From IMG/VR virus record IMGVR_UViG_3300027816_004729: a stretch of DNA of 20,000 bases. One strand, given 5' to 3'. Shown one piece after another: positions 15,646-20,000 of this stretch (positions are counted from its first letter, which is position 1; each line of letters starts with the position of its first letter). A model generated the notes under the pieces. That model ran no database searches. It was given only the letters and a program-made list of their open reading frames with translations, and was not told the origin of the DNA. This DNA is from an uncultured virus (IMG/VR IMGVR_UViG_3300027816_004729). Taxonomy: Duplodnaviria > Heunggongvirae > Uroviricota > Caudoviricetes. Position numbers and translations under genes: made by a program.

Positions 15646-18600
15646 TTAGCTAATTGTTAAAGTTGATGTTGTTTTGTTGTAAGTTCCAGTCCTTCCTGTA
15701 GCACCAGTCAAAGCAACAGCCGAATACGTATTTGTTGTATCTGCAGGGAAAAATTTCCAGGTTGACCCAACTGCAGGAACTGGTCCTGTGAAAGTTACAT
15801 TGAGTGTGGTTCCTGCCGTAAAACTTCCTGTTGCAGTTGTTGTGCCGCTTACAACAGATCTTGTCAGCGTTCCTGCGCTTATCGTTGTAGAGCCATCGTA
15901 GTTGTGCGCATGGTTGCCAAGGTTTAGCGTTCCTGTACCAACTTTTGTTAGAGTAGAAGCGTTAGATGGTCCTGCTGTTGAAATGGCACCAGAAAGTGTT
16001 ATTGTTCCTGCACCATCAAATGCTAGTGGTGCTGGCCATACGCCAAGAAGAGAGTCATTTCTGGTTATGCCATTTATTGTTAAAGTTAATCCTGCTGCAC
16101 TCGCTATTCTGTTTACTGCAGAGCCGCCAACTTTAAGAACTCCAGACCCTATCGTGTTGTTCAATGCCGTGTTGTTCAAAGCACCTTGAGAAGAAACACC
16201 ATTGCCAGAAATTGTTGTTAATTTTGAAAATGTTCCTGCAACTGTAGGTTGAATTTGAAGAGTTGCTCCATCGTTAACAATAACTTCAGATGATGTTCCA
16301 AAGGAAGAAAAAGACGTAATTCTTAAAATTCCTTGCAGGACAGATGTTGTGCCTGTGTAGGTGCTTGTTGTTCCAGAAAGAGTCAAAGTTCCTGAACCGG
16401 TCTTTTGGAGAGTTCCAGTTGTCAGAGCTATTTGATTGCTGGCAACAATTTCTGCTCCTGCCGCGGTTGTAAAAATTAAATTCCTTGTTGCTCCAGTGAT
16501 TGTTCCTGAAATTGTAAAAATTCCAGCAGAAGATCCAATTGTTGAATCTGCGCCAAGTGTTATTGCTCCTGAAAAAGTATTATTTCCAGAGCGATTCATC
16601 AATGATCCTTCAGATGTTGCTCCAATTCCGCTAATTGTGACGGCTCTGGCAAATGTTATTGCTCCTGAAATTTCAAGAGATGCGTTTGTTGCGGCAGTTA
16701 TTGTTCCGGCGGTTCCAAGAGCTGAAGCATTGGAAATTCTAACTGCTCCAGAATTGATCGCCGTGGCTCCTGTATACGAATTAGCCGCAGATAAAATTAT
16801 CGTTCCTGTTCCCGCACAAATTATTCCGCCAGTAGTTAAAGTTATTATTCCAGAAAGTGTAAGTGTTCCAGCGCCGCCAAGAGTTAAAGTCCTTGTTGCT
16901 CCACTTATGGCTCCAGAAATCGTCAAAGATCCGGCAATGCTATGAATTCGGGCATTAGCCGCCATTGTTATAGCCCCGGACATCGAATTTGTTCCAGAAA
17001 GGTTGGCAATTGCTCCGTCAAATGCTGCTCCATCGCCAGAAATTGTCAATGGCTCTGCAACAAGAGTTATTCCTCCGCTAACTTGAAGAGATGCTCCTGA
17101 ATTTACAGTTGTTGCTGTTGCAATTGTGCCGAGAGCTGAAGCATTGGCGACTATAAGGTACCCGGCATTGATTGTAGTAGTACCGCTATATGTGTTTGCT
17201 CCAGCTAGAGTCCATTTTCCTGTTCCAGATTTTACAAGCGATATAAAGGCTGTTCCTGTGGCTGGAGAAGTCACTAAATTATCACGAATTGTTCCAGAAA
17301 TTTGACCATCAGAGCTACCGCCAAGTGTCAGAGTCCTTCCAGCACCAACTCCAGTTGTTGCATTTGTCTGAATATTGAAAATTGCTGCAGAAAAAATTAT
17401 CGTTCCTGTTCCGTTTGAAAGTATTATTGCCCCGCCAATGTCAGTTGCTGCAGGAGTTGCTGCATTTATTCCAACTCTTATTGTTCTATTCGATGTGTCT
17501 CCAGATCCTTGATAATTTAAAGTCCCAGTTGTCCCAAAACCACCAAATTGGACAGGATTTGAAGAATCAGCACCAAGACTCGATGGTGTTGAAAAATTTT
17601 TTATGGAATTTACATTTGTTGTTCCAGAAAAAACGTGAAATCCGTTAATAAACGTATTCGCTCCAAAAATTGAGCACTGACCTAACACCATATTAACTAC
17701 AACGCCGCCAGTTCCAGAAATAATTCCAGAAGAAACAATCGATCCAGAAGAGTTAGATACAAAAGTTAAAAGGTTGCCAGAAGGATTTATATTGTTTGAT
17801 AAAACTAATGTGCCAGATTCACAACCAATTCTTGCTGTTGAATTTAAAGTTATTGTCCCAGAAATCTCATTCGACCCACTTAAATTTTTTATTGCCCCAC
17901 TGTTGTCAGGACCAAAAGAATTTATTGTGATTGGCCTAGATATAACGATATTATTTCCTAAATTAAACGCTGTTCCTGATAAAATTGTTAATTGTGAAGA
18001 AGAACTCCCAAAAGACAAAGAATTTGTAGCACGCAAAACACCTGCATTTACATTAATTGCTCCTGAAAATGTGTTTGCTCCATCGAGTTGCAGTGTCCCA
18101 GAGCCAAGTTTATTAAAAGTTCCTGTGCCAGAAATAACTCCAGTCAATGTTAGTGCTACTGCTGTTTCCAATTCACACCCGAACTGATCTATTAATATCT
18201 TTTTATCCGTTGTAGTCGCCGTTCCAGTATAAAGTATTTTAGATAGAGAGTTGATTCCTGCTTTAATCGGAAGTGTTCCTGCACCAAATGGGCCAGGAAC
18301 GTTATCAAAATTGAAATTTGAAACAGAAACTGTGCCTCCGTGTATCAAAACTTGTCCTGTAAATGTGTTTGTTCCGGAAATTACCAGTATGTTTGAACCA
18401 AATTTTGCAATTCCAATGCTTCCAGAACCTGTTCCTGTGGAGTCTGCTATAATATTTGATAGCGTAAATGTTCCGCCAGCGGCATTTGTCGTGTTGAATC
18501 CGAAAAATGATCCGGCTTTGAAACCATTATTTGATATCGATGATGCTAAAAGCAACAGACTCGTTATGTCTGAAGATGCAAATTCTCCAGTTCCGCCGAC

Positions 18601-19458
18601 ATTGATGGCGAATATTCCATTTGAATTGACAATTATCTTATCTTTTGTCCAACTTGCAGACTGACCGTTGTAAAGAGATGCGATTTTTTCAAACTGTAGA
18701 GTGCCGGATAAAATATTTACTATTCCGGTGTTTGTGTTTGTCGCGTTAAACGCGACGGTAGATGTGCCGGATTTATCTATTTGACCGGATCCGGAAATTG
18801 GAGAAGCTACAATTATATTGTTGCTGCCGGTGAAAACAATAGTTCCGGCGTTTGTAAACGAAGAACTCGTTAGTTGTCCGCTTGTTTGACGGGATATTGT
18901 CAATTTTGCGGCAGAGAGTACTATTGTCGCGCCAGTATAAGTGTTATTGTTCGTAAGTACAACGTCTCCGCCGGATGTTAGCGTTCCAATACCAGAAATT
19001 ATTCCGGAAAGTGTCTGTTGAGTTGGCGTTATTATTGAAAATTGAGTGGCGTTTGATATTGCCCCAGAATAATTCCCATTCCCAAGAACTCCTGTTTGAA
19101 TTTCTAAAACACCATCAGTTATTTCTGTATTTCCAGAATAAGTGTTTATTCCTTTCAGCGACAATTTTCCAGTTCCAATTTTCCTGAGCGATCCAATTCC
19201 AATTATTTTTTGATTTATTGTGCCGTCAGCAGATTGTCCAGAAATAAAAAGAATTGCTTGTCCACTTGGGTTAGTTAAATCAACTGAATTCCCTGCAAAC
19301 CCATCGATGAATGTTATAAGATTTGGATTCCTTATCGTTACTTCAATTAAATTTTTAAAAACGGACAGATCTAAAAAACTACTTATAGACTGCGAAAAAG
19401 TACCGAAGTCTATTTTCTGTATATTTTCTGTCGGGGTTAATGAAGCAGAAAATGGCAT
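15646..19458 (-). CDS. Autotransporter-associated beta-strand repeat protein (1270 aa), putative virion adhesin/spike
   Basis: About 10 copies of LxKxGxGTLxLxGxNTYxGxTxIxxGxL. It is G/T/S/I-rich, with no visible signal peptide, beta-barrel or PEP-CTERM. Confidence 0.8.
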   Translation of the reverse strand: MPFSASLTPTENIQKIDFGTFSQSISSFLDLSVFKNLIEVTIRNPNLITFIDGFAGNSVDLTNPSGQAILFISGQSADGTINQKIIGIGSLRKIGTGKLSLKGINTYSGNTEITDGVLEIQTGVLGNGNYSGAISNATQFSIITPTQQTLSGIISGIGTLTSGGDVVLTNNNTYTGATIVLSAAKLTISRQTSGQLTSSSFTNAGTIVFTGSNNIIVASPISGSGQIDKSGTSTVAFNATNTNTGIVNILSGTLQFEKIASLYNGQSASWTKDKIIVNSNGIFAINVGGTGEFASSDITSLLLLASSISNNGFKAGSFFGFNTTNAAGGTFTLSNIIADSTGTGSGSIGIAKFGSNILVISGTNTFTGQVLIHGGTVSVSNFNFDNVPGPFGAGTLPIKAGINSLSKILYTGTATTTDKKILIDQFGCELETAVALTLTGVISGTGTFNKLGSGTLQLDGANTFSGAINVNAGVLRATNSLSFGSSSSQLTILSGTAFNLGNNIVISRPITINSFGPDNSGAIKNLSGSNEISGTITLNSTARIGCESGTLVLSNNINPSGNLLTFVSNSSGSIVSSGIISGTGGVVVNMVLGQCSIFGANTFINGFHVFSGTTNVNSIKNFSTPSSLGADSSNPVQFGGFGTTGTLNYQGSGDTSNRTIRVGINAATPAATDIGGAIILSNGTGTIIFSAAIFNIQTNATTGVGAGRTLTLGGSSDGQISGTIRDNLVTSPATGTAFISLVKSGTGKWTLAGANTYSGTTTINAGYLIVANASALGTIATATTVNSGASLQVSGGITLVAEPLTISGDGAAFDGAIANLSGTNSMSGAITMAANARIHSIAGSLTISGAISGATRTLTLGGAGTLTLSGIITLTTGGIICAGTGTIILSAANSYTGATAINSGAVRISNASALGTAGTITAATNASLEISGAITFARAVTISGIGATSEGSLMNRSGNNTFSGAITLGADSTIGSSAGIFTISGTITGATRNLIFTTAAGAEIVASNQIALTTGTLQKTGSGTLTLSGTTSTYTGTTSVLQGILRITSFSSFGTSSEVIVNDGATLQIQPTVAGTFSKLTTISGNGVSSQGALNNTALNNTIGSGVLKVGGSAVNRIASAAGLTLTINGITRNDSLLGVWPAPLAFDGAGTITLSGAISTAGPSNASTLTKVGTGTLNLGNHAHNYDGSTTISAGTLTRSVVSGTTTATGSFTAGTTLNVTFTGPVPAVGSTWKFFPADTTNTYSAVALTGATGRTGTYNKTTSTLTIS

Positions 19459-19459
19459 C

Positions 19460-20000
19460 TTATGTTAGTTTTGATGGTATCACAGCATTGAATCTCGTGG
19501 ATGTAACAACTCCATTTGCATAGATAATATTTGCATAAGCAAAGAGATATTTAGCATTATCCGCTACTGGCATTGAGCCAATCCAAGTTCGTCCATCATT
19601 CGTCGTTGTTACGCTAGACCAAACACGGCTAACATTGAATGGCTCCACTTCAGCTTTCCAGAACACAACAGAAGAAATTGTCAGCGATGTGTCTGGCTGG
19701 ACATTGAATTGACAAGTTCCCGATACTTTGGACAACCATGATGCGGGTCGTTTCGGCCAAGTAATTGCAGAACCAAGAACATACTTGTTAAGCCAAAGGA
19801 GTTCGTTGCCTACATTTAGAGACACATCGTGGTTCTTATTCGCATCATGCGAGAAGTCCCAAGGAATGCCTACTGGTATCTTATCGAAAGTATCGTCTAC
19901 TCTATCGTGTCCTCCGTGATGATCCGCTGATCCGTTGATAAGAAGAATTGGAACCCTTGTATACTTTGCCGTTGCTTCTGCCGTAGGTGCATTCAGATAA
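19460..20000 (-). CDS. Alpha/beta-hydrolase (esterase-like), C-terminal part; start lies outside the window
   Basis: The frame of the 121-aa ORF stays open to the window edge: YLNAPTAEATAKYTRVPILLINGSADHHGGHDRV...ANKNHDVSL...WLNKYVLG...WPKRP. PILLINGSAD and NH fit catalytic Asp/His elements, followed by a beta-rich domain. Confidence 0.65.
   Translation of the reverse strand, partial: YLNAPTAEATAKYTRVPILLINGSADHHGGHDRVDDTFDKIPVGIPWDFSHDANKNHDVSLNVGNELLWLNKYVLGSAITWPKRPASWLSKVSGTCQFNVQPDTSLTISSVVFWKAEVEPFNVSRVWSSVTTTNDGRTWIGSMPVADNAKYLFAYANIIYANGVVTSTRFNAVIPSKLT

Noticed and set aside
15646..19458. True type V autotransporter
   Set aside because: There is no signal peptide and no C-terminal beta-barrel ending in an aromatic residue.
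617..19919. All plus-strand ORFs and nested alternate-frame minus ORFs in the track (e.g. 7074..7649, 16436..16945, 2282..2641, 14550..14855)
   Set aside because: They are shadows of longer, coupled minus-strand genes and show no recognisable motifs.
1..20000. CRISPR array, tRNA/rRNA, diversity-generating retroelement, integrase or IS
   Set aside because: I saw no regularly spaced DNA repeats, reverse transcriptase, TR/VR pair or recombinase, and the intergenic gaps (<55 nt) are too short for RNA genes.
1..20000. Stop-codon reassignment
   Set aside because: Coding density is near complete under the standard code, and TAA, TGA and TAG each end genes at tight junctions.

Overview
This window is one tightly packed, minus-strand late operon of a tailed phage, most likely podovirus-like. 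The host is probably diderm, plausibly Verrucomicrobia/PVC, inferred from the passenger-repeat protein, the hydrolase and a lipobox. In transcription order (20000->1) it holds: a partial alpha/beta-hydrolase; a 1270-aa beta-strand-repeat protein; a four-gene lysis-like cassette, two genes of which are missing from the ORF track; two small virion-type genes; an enlarged head-tail adaptor-like protein with 7 repeats; a tail nozzle-like protein with an inserted delta-60 propeller; a tail fibre; a GNAT-like protein; and a run of putative internal/ejection proteins. The most unusual feature is a PAPS-reductase/PP-loop enzyme inside the ejection-protein cluster. Its neighbours start with MGG, and two of them share a paralogous C-terminal tail ending ARxGG[ML]. 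All family assignments come from motif recognition by eye; no searches were run.
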